This document shows positions 28,105 to 40,369 of a stretch of DNA of 64,000 nt, piece after piece. Source of the stretch: Nostoc sp. DedSLP01 (GTDB lineage Bacteria > Cyanobacteriota > Cyanobacteriia > Cyanobacteriales > Nostocaceae). How positions within the stretch are numbered: the first letter of the stretch is position 1; the number at the start of each line of letters is the position of its first letter. The notes beneath the pieces are model-generated. The model did no database searches and was not told the DNA's origin. It saw only the letters and a list, made by a program, of their open reading frames with translations. A program made the translations under genes and the position numbers. Location: assembly GCA_034530875.2 (NCBI GenBank), contig JAVRCJ020000033.1, positions 11,749-75,748 of the forward strand, in the 5' to 3' direction.

Positions 28105-29202
28105 CTAGTCTCCCAAATAAATACCCATCCCACGGGCGGTTTTAACTAAAGTACCGTTGGGATCGACGGCGCTGTATTGAGCGATCGCTTCTGTTATTGG
28201 TACGCTTAAGACTTGGCGATTTTGCCAGGTGACCATGCGATCGTATTTACCTTCTGCAATTAGATTAACGGCCGCTACGCCAAAGGCTGTGGCAACTAAT
28301 CTATCTAGTGGCGAAGCAGTTCCGCCGCGTTGAATGTGTCCTAAAACGGTGACTCGCGTTTCCACACCAATATGTTGAATAATTTCATCTGCTAAATATT
28401 CACCAATCCCACCGTAGCGAGATTGGCCTAAGCGATTTGTAATCGTCACGTTTTCCCCATTTTGGGTGCGAACTGCTTCGGAAACAATAATTAAACAATA
28501 GTTTTTGCCTTTTTCTTGGCGTTCTTTAATTTTGTGGCAAATGTGTTCGACTGTGTAGGGAATTTCGGGAATTAAAATTACGTTTGCTCCGCCTGCAATT
28601 CCCGCAGCTATGGCTATGTGTCCTGCATCACGCCCCATAACTTCTAAAATCATGACTCGGCTATGACTTGCAGCCGTAAAATGTAATCGGTCTAATGCTT
28701 CCGTGGCAATATTTACCGCCGTATCAAAACCAATGGCGTGTTCGGTAATGCCAATATCATTATCAATAGTTTTGGGAATTCCAACTAAGTTAATACCACC
28801 TTGTTGTGCGAGGCGGCGGAGAATTGCCAAACTACCATCGCCACCAATTCCAATCAAAGCATCTAAACCTAGTTCATGGTAACCTGCAATGATTTCTTCG
28901 GAGCGATCGCATAAACTGCCATCGGTCATTGGGAAAGCAAAAGGATCGCCTTTATTAGTTGTTCCCAACATTGTGCCGCCAGCAGTTAACAGCGAATCAA
29001 CTTTATCGATTTCCAAGTTTGTGAATTGTGGCGGACGCACCATTAATCCGAGAGTTGCTTGGTGAATTCCCAAAACCTCCCAGCCGTAAGTATTTGCAGC
29101 ACAATTGACTACAGCTCTGATGGCAGCATTTAAGCCAGAACAATCTCCTCCACTGGTAAGAATTCCAATGCGTTTAGGTTCTACCATATCTTTGCTTGAC
29201 AT
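28105..29202 (-). CDS. pfkA: 6-phosphofructokinase
   Basis: GILTSGGDC, IGGDGS, PKTIDND, EVMGRDAG, LGHIQRGG. Confidence 0.96.
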   Translation of the reverse strand: MSSKDMVEPKRIGILTSGGDCSGLNAAIRAVVNCAANTYGWEVLGIHQATLGLMVRPPQFTNLEIDKVDSLLTAGGTMLGTTNKGDPFAFPMTDGSLCDRSEEIIAGYHELGLDALIGIGGDGSLAILRRLAQQGGINLVGIPKTIDNDIGITEHAIGFDTAVNIATEALDRLHFTAASHSRVMILEVMGRDAGHIAIAAGIAGGANVILIPEIPYTVEHICHKIKERQEKGKNYCLIIVSEAVRTQNGENVTITNRLGQSRYGGIGEYLADEIIQHIGVETRVTVLGHIQRGGTASPLDRLVATAFGVAAVNLIAEGKYDRMVTWQNRQVLSVPITEAIAQYSAVDPNGTLVKTARGMGIYLGD

Positions 29203-29361
29203 TTCGATCCAAATATATCTATCTATTAGCCGACTAAATTTAAGCCTGAGTTAGTAATAGATTAAACCCAAACAAAGCTCTAACTTTAAATGCAAAGGTA
29301 ATTTTATGTTGCTTTTCTGTTTAAAAACAAAACTATGGTTAATAATTCATAACTTAGAATA

Positions 29362-29599
29362 CAGGAGCCAGAATTCAGAATTCAGAATAAGTGAATTTTT
29401 TATAAGACTTGGAAACCCGAACTTTATAATTTGAAGAAAATAAAATATAGTTACCATCCTTGATTTACTAGTCATTTTGATGCCTTGCTATTAAAGTCTC
29501 TGGTTTTGCTTCTAAATTCTGACTCCTAAATTCTGGATTCTGATTTCTGACTTCTGAATTCTGAATTCTGGGTTCTGACTCTTGACTTGTGAATTCTGA
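29362..29599. repeat. Inverted heptamer-repeat arms (CAGAATT / TTCTGAC)
   Basis: Tandem CAGAATT units on the left and TTCTGA(C/A/G) units on the right. Confidence 0.6.
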
Positions 29600-29740
29600 C
29601 AACTAAGTTACCCCAGCTGTAAAATATGAGTGTGGAGCTAGTAGTAGATTAAACCTTAAAAAGCAATCGTCAAAAATGCTAGGGTGATTCTATGTTTGTT
29701 TTCAGCTCGAGAAAAAATCAAGTTATTCCAACTCTAAAAT

Positions 29741-30715
29741 ATGAAGGTGGAGCAAAAGGTGACTAGTATTGATAATTACACCTTCTCTTTTTCAGGAGAA
29801 GTAACAATTCCTGAGGCTCCTCCTGGCTTTAAATCGGGTTTTATTGGCATTATTGGTCGCCCTAATGTCGGTAAATCTACCTTGATGAATCAATTGGTAG
29901 GACAAAAAATTGCTATTACATCACCCGTAGCACAAACTACACGTAACCGTTTGCGTGGGATTTTAACGACACCAGAGGCGCAGTTAATATTCGTAGATAC
30001 GCCAGGAATTCATAAGCCCCACCATCAATTAGGCGAAGTCTTGGTGCAAAATGCCAAAATAGCAATTGAATCGGTGGATGTGGTGCTATTTGTGGTAGAT
30101 GGAGCAGTGGCTTGTGGAGCAGGCGATCGCTACATTGCCGAATTGCTCAGTCGCAGCCAAACACCAGTAATTATGGGTGTTAACAAAATCGACCAGCAAC
30201 CCGCCGATTCTCAGCTTTTAGATGATAGCTACGCCCAAATGGCTAAGTTCCATAAATGGGAAATCGTGAAATTCTCTGCCAAAACGAGTGCAGGGTTGCC
30301 ACAACTGCAACAATTATTAATTGAACATTTAGAAATTGGCCCCTTATATTATCCACCCGACTTGGTAACCGACCAGCCAGAACGCTTTATTATGGGCGAA
30401 TTGATCCGAGAACAAATTATACTTTTGACTCGTGAAGAAGTACCCCATTCAGTAGCGATCGCAATTGACCAAGTAGAAGAAACTCCTAGCATTACCCGCG
30501 TACTCGCTACCATTAACGTCGAACGCGATTCTCAAAAAGGCATACTCATTGGTAAAGGTGGCTCGATGCTCAAAGCAATTGGTAGCGCCGCCCGCGAACA
30601 AATCCAAAAATTAATCGCTGGGAAAGTCTACCTAGAATTATTCGTGAAAGTCGAACCAAAATGGCGACAATCGCGGGTGAGTTTAGCCGAGTTAGGCTAT
30701 CGCGTGGAAGAGTAA
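29741..30715 (+). CDS. era: GTPase Era
   Basis: GRPNVGKST, QTTR, DTPG, NKID, EEVPHS, KH domain IGKGG. Confidence 0.97.
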   Translation: MKVEQKVTSIDNYTFSFSGEVTIPEAPPGFKSGFIGIIGRPNVGKSTLMNQLVGQKIAITSPVAQTTRNRLRGILTTPEAQLIFVDTPGIHKPHHQLGEVLVQNAKIAIESVDVVLFVVDGAVACGAGDRYIAELLSRSQTPVIMGVNKIDQQPADSQLLDDSYAQMAKFHKWEIVKFSAKTSAGLPQLQQLLIEHLEIGPLYYPPDLVTDQPERFIMGELIREQIILLTREEVPHSVAIAIDQVEETPSITRVLATINVERDSQKGILIGKGGSMLKAIGSAAREQIQKLIAGKVYLELFVKVEPKWRQSRVSLAELGYRVEE

Positions 30716-30798
30716 ATTGGGCATGGGGCATGGGGCATAGGGCATTGGTCAAACCACAAATGACCAATGACTAATGACTAATGACTAATAACAAACTT

Positions 30799-31428
30799 AT
30801 GTTAAAAGTATTAATTGTTGAAGACGATCCAATGATGCAACTTGGGCTAGAGCAATCTTTAATGGCTCATCCCGATTTGGAAATTGTCGGACAAGCCGAA
30901 GATGGGTATTTGGGCGTGCAAGCTGCACTGCAACTCAAACCGGATGTAGTGGTTATGGACATTGGCTTGCCGCGATTAGATGGTATTGCAGCGACGCAAC
31001 AAATTAAGGCTGCCTTACCTGGAACTCATGTGGTGATGCTGACATCGCATCAAACCGAGACAGAAATTATTGCGGCGCTGTCTAGCGGTGCTGATGCATA
31101 TTGTATTAAAGGTGCAAGTGTGGAACGATTGTTAAATGCGATCGCAGCCGCAGTTGATGGTGCAGCTTATCTCGATCCGCAAATTGCTCGACGAGTAATT
31201 GACAATCTCAAACCACCTTCACCTACAAATAACACCGCGAACTTATCTGCGCGGGAATTAGAAGTATTGAAACTCATGGTAGACGGCTTGAGCAACCCAG
31301 AGATTGCCCAAAAACTCTATCTCAGTCCCAACACGGTCAAAACTCACGTCCGAGGGATTATGAATAAATTAGCAGTAGACGATCGCGTACAAGCAGCGGT
31401 CGTTGCATTGCGTTCCGGTTTGGTTTGA
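30799..31428 (+). CDS. NarL/LuxR-family response regulator
   Basis: Receiver domain (VEDD, VMDIGLP) plus LuxR HTH (LSARELEVLKL..SPNTVKTHV). The ATG at 30781 lies in an STRR tract, so 30799 is preferred. Confidence 0.93.
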   Translation: MLKVLIVEDDPMMQLGLEQSLMAHPDLEIVGQAEDGYLGVQAALQLKPDVVVMDIGLPRLDGIAATQQIKAALPGTHVVMLTSHQTETEIIAALSSGADAYCIKGASVERLLNAIAAAVDGAAYLDPQIARRVIDNLKPPSPTNNTANLSARELEVLKLMVDGLSNPEIAQKLYLSPNTVKTHVRGIMNKLAVDDRVQAAVVALRSGLV

Positions 31429-31608
31429 TTTATGACAAAATAGTTTGAAAATTTACCAAAACTACAGCAGAATTCACAAATAAAACAGTGTTTATACCTT
31501 TGCAATGAATCGTTATTTACTTCAATGTCTTAAAAATCTGCTCTCAGTGTTAACTAACAATTTTAGACGTAATATCAATTTGAAAAAAGAATCCGACCTA
31601 TAGATTGA

Positions 31609-31636
31609 GTAGGGGCGCAAAGCTTTGCACCCCTAC
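31609..31636. repeat. GTAG-REP palindrome
   Basis: GTAGGGGCGCAAAGCTTTGCACCCCTAC. Confidence 0.75.
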
Positions 31637-32457
31637 AGATTTTTGATGTCTTGCAAAGATGTTGTGAAATACTATAACTTGCTTCTCTCAGAGCAAGTAT
31701 AAATTTGGTAACTTCTCTACAAGACGCTAGACGAACAGACTTTTTTAAATTTTGGATCTTGGATTGAAACAAAACCCAAAATTTAAAATCTAAAATTTGG
31801 TGATTTATCAGGTTATTCATCTCTTGTTTCAGTTTTGATGTCTTTGTTCAACGTCTTGTGGCGTTAAAACTTGGGTCTGATAGCCACCATTTACTTGTTC
31901 TCTTTGCGACACCTCCTTACTAGTTCCTTCCCATGAATAGTTGCAAATTTTAGTACTCAGTACAACTCCTAATGTTTTGTTAATCATAAACGCAAAACTA
32001 TCGATGAAAATAAAGTCCAAAGTTCGACTAATCATAAGTTCCTTTTCAGCTTTCTAGTATCAACTATGATTTGTCTACATAAGAGATAATCCACTTTCCA
32101 GAAATCTACTGCCTGAAAATTTGTAAATTTATAATTCATGCAAATAAAAACTGTTGTGGTATATCTATGTCTGTCTAAAGATATAGAAATAAGGGTTGTA
32201 ACCCCCCACCCCTATCACACTTAGTTTATGTATGAAATAATTTGAAAAAACAAATAATTTTTATGGCCAACGTATAGATTAACCTAGAAATTTTAAAAAG
32301 CTTTAACTGAGTTTTAACATCGTTAAAACTCAAATCTGGATGAATTATCAATCAATTAACAGTGAGTTTGGTTAATAAAATCTGTGTTTTGTAGATGATA
32401 ATTTGATTTTTAAGCAACAAGACACGATGTTTAATACGCAAATTAAAAAAATAACAA

Positions 32458-33090
32458 ATGCAACAAAATACAGAGAATAATCTGAGCAATAGTGAGAATA
32501 TTAGCGCATCTAAACCGAACAAAGAATTACCTATATTTTGCCCCAATAGCCGCCAAGAATGGCGGGAATGGTTAGAAAAAAATCATAGTAATTATTCTGG
32601 TATATGGCTAATCTATTACAAAGTAAAAAGCGGTAAACCAAGTCTTCGATACAACGAAGCAGTCAAAGAAGCCCTATGTTTTGGATGGATTGACAGTAAA
32701 GTTAAATCATTAGATGAAGAACGTTATATGCAAATGTTTACGCCTCGAAAGCCGAAAAGTGTATGGTCAAAATTAAATAAACAATATATAGAAGAACTTA
32801 TAGAGCAAGGTTTAATGAGCAAAGCTGGTCTAGAAAAAATTGCATCAGCAAAACAAAATGGTTCCTGGGAATCATTAGATGCCGTTGAAGCATTAACTAT
32901 TCCCTCAGATTTAAAACAAGCATTCAAAGCTAACAAAACTGCCAAAGATTATTTTGAAGCCTTTAGTAACTCGTCTAAAAAAAATATACTTTCTTGGATT
33001 GAAAGTGCTAAACGTCCAGAAACAAGGCTGAAGAGAATCGAACAAACTATTAATTCAGCAATGCAGAATAAAAGCCCGTTGAACCGTTAA
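32458..33090 (+). CDS. YdeI/OmpD-associated family protein
   Basis: WREWLEKNH, EALCFGWIDS, FTPRKPKSVWS, AKRPETR. Confidence 0.9.
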   Translation: MQQNTENNLSNSENISASKPNKELPIFCPNSRQEWREWLEKNHSNYSGIWLIYYKVKSGKPSLRYNEAVKEALCFGWIDSKVKSLDEERYMQMFTPRKPKSVWSKLNKQYIEELIEQGLMSKAGLEKIASAKQNGSWESLDAVEALTIPSDLKQAFKANKTAKDYFEAFSNSSKKNILSWIESAKRPETRLKRIEQTINSAMQNKSPLNR

Positions 33091-33493
33091 AAGTTTTTCA
33101 AGTTGTACACTTAGTGGGAAAATAAATCTCGTGCAATATATATTATTTATACTTAAATATTAATTAATGTTACCGAATGTTAACGATTCAGCAAAATTAG
33201 ATACAGCGAGGGTAAAAAAAATTGTATTTTTATACACTCTGTCCCGAAACCAAAATCTCCGATTTAGTGGTAAATAAGATGCTAATGAGTTCAAAACAAG
33301 CACTAATTACCTCATATTCTTCGGTTTGACTGAAAAAATTGGGTAAATGTTAAGTAGTTGAATCAAAGTAGAAAATTAAAAATTCATTGACAAAATGTCT
33401 AGAAATATTCTTTAATCTCAGCCTACAAAGCTCCCTAAACGCCTATGCTTACGGTTGGGTAGGCCACTGGACTTATATGCGTGAGACACTTGA

Positions 33494-34871
<1,378 letters not shown>

Positions 34872-34873
34872 CT

Positions 34874-35932
34874 TCACGGATAAAACCCCAACTTAGGCAA
34901 CCCCAAGGTTTCATCCCAACCCATCATCAGATTTAAACACTGAATCGCTTGACCCGCCTGGCCTTTAATCAGGTTATCAATTGCTGACATGACAATTACC
35001 CGGCCGGTACGCGAGTCAACTTCTACACCGATGTAACAAAGATTGCTGCCATTAGCCCATTTTGTTTGGGGGTAAACGCCGCTACCGCAGACTTTTATCC
35101 AAGGAGAGTTGCGGTAGAAGGCAGAAAAAATTGTAATTAAGTCATCTCGCACGAGACCAGGGTCGCGCATGGTAGCATATACAGTTGCCAAGATCCCGCG
35201 CACTATTGGGATGAGATGGGGTGTAAATTGGATTGTCAGTTCGTGACCTGCTAATTCACTGCAAATTTGCTCAATTTCTGGGGTATCGCGGTGACGGCCG
35301 ACGTTGTAAGCTGCGATGGAATTGTCTGCTTCAGCTAGTAATAAGTTGGTTTTGGCTTGGCGGCCGCTGCCGGATGTCCCAGATTTAGCATCGATAATAG
35401 CTGTTTCTGGTACAATTAAGCCCTGCTTTAACAGTGGCGAAAGCGCAAGCAGACTCGCAGTGGGATAGCAACCAGGACAACCAATCAGTTGAGCTTCGGC
35501 AATGCGATCGCGGTAAAGTTCTGGTAATCCATAAACCGCTATTGCAGCAGTTGAGCGATCGTTTCTTTCTATGCCATACCAACTTGTATAAGTTGCTAAA
35601 TCATTAAACCGATAATCTGCACTTAGATCCAGTACTTTACATTCTTTTTCTAACAGTGTGGGTACAATTTGCCAAGCTAGACCATCTGGTAAAGACAGGA
35701 AAACTACTTCACAGCGTTGAGCAATTATTTCTGGTTCTACTGCCTCTATTGGCAGATTAGCTGTATGAGTCAGATGTGGGTAAAGATCCCCCAAGGATTT
35801 GCCCATACTGTTCTCACCACCTAAATAAACCAGTTCGACTTGTGGATGATCCATCAGTAGCCGTACTAACTGTACTCCGCCATAGCCCGACGCGCCAACA
35901 ATCCCAACGGGTACGCGTCTAAAATTGCCCAT
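34874..35932 (-). CDS. argC: N-acetyl-gamma-glutamyl-phosphate reductase
   Basis: [42 protein letters not shown]. Confidence 0.96.
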   Translation of the reverse strand: MGNFRRVPVGIVGASGYGGVQLVRLLMDHPQVELVYLGGENSMGKSLGDLYPHLTHTANLPIEAVEPEIIAQRCEVVFLSLPDGLAWQIVPTLLEKECKVLDLSADYRFNDLATYTSWYGIERNDRSTAAIAVYGLPELYRDRIAEAQLIGCPGCYPTASLLALSPLLKQGLIVPETAIIDAKSGTSGSGRQAKTNLLLAEADNSIAAYNVGRHRDTPEIEQICSELAGHELTIQFTPHLIPIVRGILATVYATMRDPGLVRDDLITIFSAFYRNSPWIKVCGSGVYPQTKWANGSNLCYIGVEVDSRTGRVIVMSAIDNLIKGQAGQAIQCLNLMMGWDETLGLPKLGFYP

Positions 35933-36294
35933 GATCCCAAATCCTTATCCCATGAATGGTTAATTCGTTCTCAGCTATTAACAATATCAGCCACCTGAGG
36001 CAGAGCGCACAAAACACCGCATCTCCCCGAAACAAAGTTGAGGGAGATGGGGGAGTGTGTCCGGAGTGGGGGGATGGGGAAGTGTGGGGAGTGTGGGGGG
36101 AAAGATTTCTTCCCCATCCTCCCACTCCTCCCACACCCCCAATGCCATAAGCCATAAGCCATAAGCCATAAGCCCCATCAGAAATTGCCATCTTATCAAA
36201 TCATTGCTAGTCTACTTCTCTGCCTTATAAAGGAGCTACAATCTAAATGAATAATTTGTTAAAAAAATTTACGTAGGTAGCTGGAAATCATTCT

Positions 36295-37968
36295 GTGTCA
36301 CAGCCTAAGACTACCCAAGTTTTTCAATTCGATTCGATAGATGCCGCCTTGGCAGACCTAAAAGCTGGTCGTGTCGTTGTCGTGGTAGATGATGAAAATA
36401 GAGAAAATGAAGGCGATTTGATTTGTGCTGCTCAATTTGCCACACCTGACACGATTAATTTTATGGCTGTAGAAGCCAGAGGATTAATTTGTTTGGCAAT
36501 GACAGGCGATCGCCTAGATGAATTAGACTTACCTTTGATGGTAAGCAATATTACAGATACGAACCAAACTGCCTTCACCGTCAGTATCGATGCTGGGCCG
36601 GAGTTAGGCGTGACTACGGGTATTTCAGCTGAAGACCGCGCCCGCACTATCCAGGTAACTCTCAATCCAGCTACCAAACCTAGCGATTTACGTCGTCCCG
36701 GACATATTTTTCCCATTCGGGCAAAAGCTGGAGGCGTACTCAAACGTGCCGGACATACGGAAGCAGCTGTGGACTTAGCTCGGTTAGCAGGCTTATATCC
36801 AGCTGGGGTAATTTGTGAAATTCAAAACCCTGATGGTTCAATGGCTAGGTTACAGCAGTTGATTGAATATGCCAAGCATCACAATTTAAAAATTATTAGT
36901 ATTGCAGATTTAATCAGTTATCGCCTCAAGCACGATCGCCTAGTGTATCGTGAAGTGATTACTAAGCTACCCAGTCAGTTCGGTCAGTTTAATATTTACG
37001 CTTATCGCCACACCTTGGACGGCACAGAACACGTTGCAATTGTCAAGGGAGATCCAGCTAACTTCAAAGATGAGCCAGTGATGGTGCGGATGCACTCTGA
37101 ATGCTTAACTGGTGATGCTTTGGGTTCTTTGCGCTGTGACTGTCGAATGCAGCTAGTAGCCGCACTGAAAATGATTGAAAATGCAGGTCAAGGTGTTGTT
37201 GTATACCTGCGACAAGAAGGGCGAGGAATCGGCTTGATTAACAAACTCAAAGCTTACTCGTTGCAAGATATGGGACTGGATACAGTAGAAGCAAACGAGC
37301 GTTTGGGATTTCCGGCTGACTTGCGCGACTATGGTATGGGGGCGCAAATGCTTATGGATTTGGGCGTCAAAAAAATTCGTCTAATTACCAACAATCCCCG
37401 TAAAATTGCTGGAGTTAAAGGTTATGGATTGGAAGTAGTCGATCGCGTGCCATTATTAATTGAGGCTAACGACTACAATTCTTATTACCTGGCAACAAAG
37501 GCTAAAAAGCTTGGTCACATGCTGTTACAGACTTATCTCGTAACAGTGGCAATTCACTGGCAAGACGATCCGCAGTTGGTGACAAAACGCTACGAACGTC
37601 TAGAAAAACTGCGGCATTTAGCGAGAACTCACGATTTATTATTGCAGGAAGAGGCGCGTCCTTTAGCGATCGCTTTATTTGACGAGCCATCTTTAACAGT
37701 ACACTTGGGTTTCGACCAGCCAAAAATTGCAAGCTGCGATTGGTATCGCCAAAGCGGACATCCTTACATACAAGCAATCTTCGAGATTCTAGATGAACTC
37801 GCAAAAGTACCGTACATCCAGAAACTAGAATTTCTCATTTCTTCTGGTAGCGATCCTTTGAGTAATTTACAAGTTCAACTAGATCGGCAGATATTCTCAG
37901 ATGGTACGCTACCTTCATCTATTAACGATCGCTTGGAGACACAGCAAATTTATAGCTTTAGCAAATAA
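36295..37968 (+). CDS. ribBA: Bifunctional DHBP synthase / GTP cyclohydrolase II with C-terminal extension
   Basis: [47 protein letters not shown]. Confidence 0.96.
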   Translation: MSQPKTTQVFQFDSIDAALADLKAGRVVVVVDDENRENEGDLICAAQFATPDTINFMAVEARGLICLAMTGDRLDELDLPLMVSNITDTNQTAFTVSIDAGPELGVTTGISAEDRARTIQVTLNPATKPSDLRRPGHIFPIRAKAGGVLKRAGHTEAAVDLARLAGLYPAGVICEIQNPDGSMARLQQLIEYAKHHNLKIISIADLISYRLKHDRLVYREVITKLPSQFGQFNIYAYRHTLDGTEHVAIVKGDPANFKDEPVMVRMHSECLTGDALGSLRCDCRMQLVAALKMIENAGQGVVVYLRQEGRGIGLINKLKAYSLQDMGLDTVEANERLGFPADLRDYGMGAQMLMDLGVKKIRLITNNPRKIAGVKGYGLEVVDRVPLLIEANDYNSYYLATKAKKLGHMLLQTYLVTVAIHWQDDPQLVTKRYERLEKLRHLARTHDLLLQEEARPLAIALFDEPSLTVHLGFDQPKIASCDWYRQSGHPYIQAIFEILDELAKVPYIQKLEFLISSGSDPLSNLQVQLDRQIFSDGTLPSSINDRLETQQIYSFSK

Positions 37969-38144
37969 AGATTCAACTAAGTCCTAATATTTGGAACATT
38001 AGTCTAAATTTATTATCTAGCTCTAGCCCTTTAGCTAGAGCTATTTGTTTATTACGCTTGTATGCTTAAATTAATAATTCAGCCTCAGAATAATGCCTTG
38101 AACTTTTGCTATTTTCAACAATTTATGGTTTATACAAACATAAC

Positions 38145-38274
38145 TATAGGAATCATATTTGATTTGGTGAAAAAAATCAGTACACCCAAACAAGGCTTCT
38201 TTCCCACTCCCTACTCCCCATTCCCTACTCCCTACCTACACAAATAATTTCAGTAATCAAACCGGATTCCTATA
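38145..38274. mobile_element. MITE-like element, copy 2
   Basis: TATAGGAATCATATTTGATT ... AATCAAACCGGATTCCTATA; near-identical to 2492-2618. Confidence 0.8.
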
Positions 38275-38289
38275 ATAAAGATTACAGTT

Positions 38290-39579
38290 ATGCTTATTGA
38301 ATTCAGCGTAGAAAATTATCGTTCGATACAAGAAAAACAAACATTGACTATGGTGGCATCTGAAGATGAAAAGATGCTACATACTAATAGTTTTATGATG
38401 CCGAACACTGAGAAACTACGCTTACTTACCACTGCTGTAATTTATGGCCCTAACGCTTCAGGTAAAAGTAATTTGCTGCGGGCTATGCAGACACTAAAAA
38501 CACTAGTCATCAACTCAGCTACTAAAATGCAAGTTGGTGAAAAGTTACCAATTGAACCATTTAAACTAAATAGGGAATCAGCAAAAAATCCTACTAACTT
38601 TGAAGTAATTTTTATTCATCAAGGTACTCGTTATGAATATGGAGTATCTCTCAATCGAGAACGCGTATATGAAGAGTGGTTAATTGCCTACCCAAATGAA
38701 CATCAACAAAATTGGTTTTCTCGACAATACATACCAGATAATCCCAAGTTTCAAGTAGATGAAGGATACAAATGGTCTTTTGGCAAAGGACTAAAGGGAG
38801 AAAAATTACGTATTAAAAAATTTGTGCGTTCTAATTCTTTGTTTTTATCCCATGCAGCACAAAATAATCATCCTCAGCTAACACAGATATTTAAATGGTT
38901 TGAAGATGAAATAAATATTCTTACTTCCAGTTCTCATACTATGGGATTTACTCTTAGTATATTTGATGAAGATGCAACTCTTCAAGCAAGAGTTGCAAAA
39001 TTGCTGAGTCAAGCGGATATCGGTATTTCAGGAATCAAAATAGAAGAAAAACCTATACCTGAAAACCTATCTTCTTTATTTAACCAATTTAATAAAGAAG
39101 AATATGAACAGATGAAGAGAAATATTAATATTCATCAATTAGATGTAATAACTATTCATAGAATGAATGATTCCGATGAAGAAATAGAATTTGATATGGA
39201 TGATGAGTCTGATGGTACACAACGTTTATTTGAAATGGCTGGGCTTTGGCTATATGTATTAGAAGACGGAGAAGTACTGTTAGTAGATGAATTAGATAGA
39301 AGCTTACATCCAGTCCTATCCAAGGCATTACTTAAGATGTTTAACGATCCAGAAATTAATAAAAATAATGCTCAATTAATATTTACAACCCATGACACCA
39401 TACTTTTAGATTCAGAAATATTACGGCGAGACCAAGTGTGGTTTACCGAAAAAGATAAAAGTATGACTAAACTATATTCATTATTAGATTTTCAACCTCG
39501 TGAAGACGAATCACTACAAAAAGGTTATTTACGAGGCAGGTATGGTGGGATTCCTTTTATTAATGGGCTAAGTATCTAA
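38290..39579 (+). CDS. AAA_21/AbiEii-like ABC-type ATPase (RloA/AbiLi-like)
   Basis: FSVENYRS, Walker A GPNASGKSN, signature ESDGT, Walker B LLVDELDRSLH, FTTHD, YLRGRYGGIP. Confidence 0.88.
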   Translation: MLIEFSVENYRSIQEKQTLTMVASEDEKMLHTNSFMMPNTEKLRLLTTAVIYGPNASGKSNLLRAMQTLKTLVINSATKMQVGEKLPIEPFKLNRESAKNPTNFEVIFIHQGTRYEYGVSLNRERVYEEWLIAYPNEHQQNWFSRQYIPDNPKFQVDEGYKWSFGKGLKGEKLRIKKFVRSNSLFLSHAAQNNHPQLTQIFKWFEDEINILTSSSHTMGFTLSIFDEDATLQARVAKLLSQADIGISGIKIEEKPIPENLSSLFNQFNKEEYEQMKRNINIHQLDVITIHRMNDSDEEIEFDMDDESDGTQRLFEMAGLWLYVLEDGEVLLVDELDRSLHPVLSKALLKMFNDPEINKNNAQLIFTTHDTILLDSEILRRDQVWFTEKDKSMTKLYSLLDFQPREDESLQKGYLRGRYGGIPFINGLSI

Positions 39580-39584
39580 GGATT

Positions 39585-40250
39585 ATGCCAAAAGGAAAAT
39601 CTACTAATGATTTAAGACGACGTTCAGGAAATAAAAAATCTAGAGATAACTTTTTAATTGTAGTTGAAGGTCAAGAGACAGAATATAACTATTTTAATGC
39701 TTTCAAACAGGAGTTAAAGTTATCTACAACAGAGATTAGAATAGTTTCTGCTTCCGGTGGAGATCCTCTTAAAATTATAGATAAAACTTGTACCTTAGTT
39801 CAAGAAAATAAATTAGAAACTGAAAAAGGTAACCAACTCGAATTTGACCGAGTTTTTTGTGTTTTTGATGACGATAATAAAATTAAAAAATTTAAGCAAG
39901 CGCTTTTAAAAGCTCAGGAAAATAATTTTATCTGTATAACATCAATCCCTTGTTTTGAATTTTGGTTTTTACTTCATTATCTCTACACTACTGCTCCTTT
40001 TGCTAACTATAAGGAATTGTGTCCAAGACTAGAGTCAGAAATGAGAAAAGCAGGTGTTTTGAAAACAAAAGAGAGTTATGATAAAAGTGATATTAATCTA
40101 TATCACAAACTCCAATCAAAACTAGAGAATGCACTTACGAATGCTCTGCAATTAGAACAAAAGCACCCTAATGAAGATGGATGTACTAACCCATCAACTA
40201 AAGTACATATCTTAGTTCAAGAACTCAAAAAGCAAAAAGAATTTAAATAA
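39585..40250 (+). CDS. RloB family (TOPRIM-like, AbiLii-like) protein
   Basis: LIVVEGQETEYNYF, VFCVFDDD, SIPCFEFWFLLH, NPSTKV; starts 5 bp after the ATPase stop. Confidence 0.88.
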   Translation: MPKGKSTNDLRRRSGNKKSRDNFLIVVEGQETEYNYFNAFKQELKLSTTEIRIVSASGGDPLKIIDKTCTLVQENKLETEKGNQLEFDRVFCVFDDDNKIKKFKQALLKAQENNFICITSIPCFEFWFLLHYLYTTAPFANYKELCPRLESEMRKAGVLKTKESYDKSDINLYHKLQSKLENALTNALQLEQKHPNEDGCTNPSTKVHILVQELKKQKEFK

Positions 40251-40255
40251 TTTAC

Positions 40256-40344
40256 TATAGCAATCTTATTTGATTTATCAAATTAGCTTTGCACGCAGAC
40301 AATAGCTAATAGATTTTTCTCACAAATGATTTAAAATTGCTATA
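40256..40344. mobile_element. Short MITE-like element
   Basis: TATAGCAATCTTATTTGATT ... AAATGATTTAAAATTGCTATA inverted termini. Confidence 0.6.
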
Positions 40345-40369
40345 TATTATTTATCGCGTTTGATTTATT

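Noticed and set aside
31575..32546. Short ORFs 31575-31820, 31829-32035 and 32352-32546
   Set aside because: They overlap repeats or the ydeI-like gene, or have no recognisable features.
33418..33470. Possible structured RNA leader of eno (GCCTAC...GTAGGC)
   Set aside because: Only a 6-bp stem, with no recognisable motif or terminator.
35919..36199. Four overlapping short ORFs between argC and ribBA
   Set aside because: They are low-complexity translations of STRR repeats in a divergent promoter region. No FMN riboswitch was recognised upstream of ribBA either.
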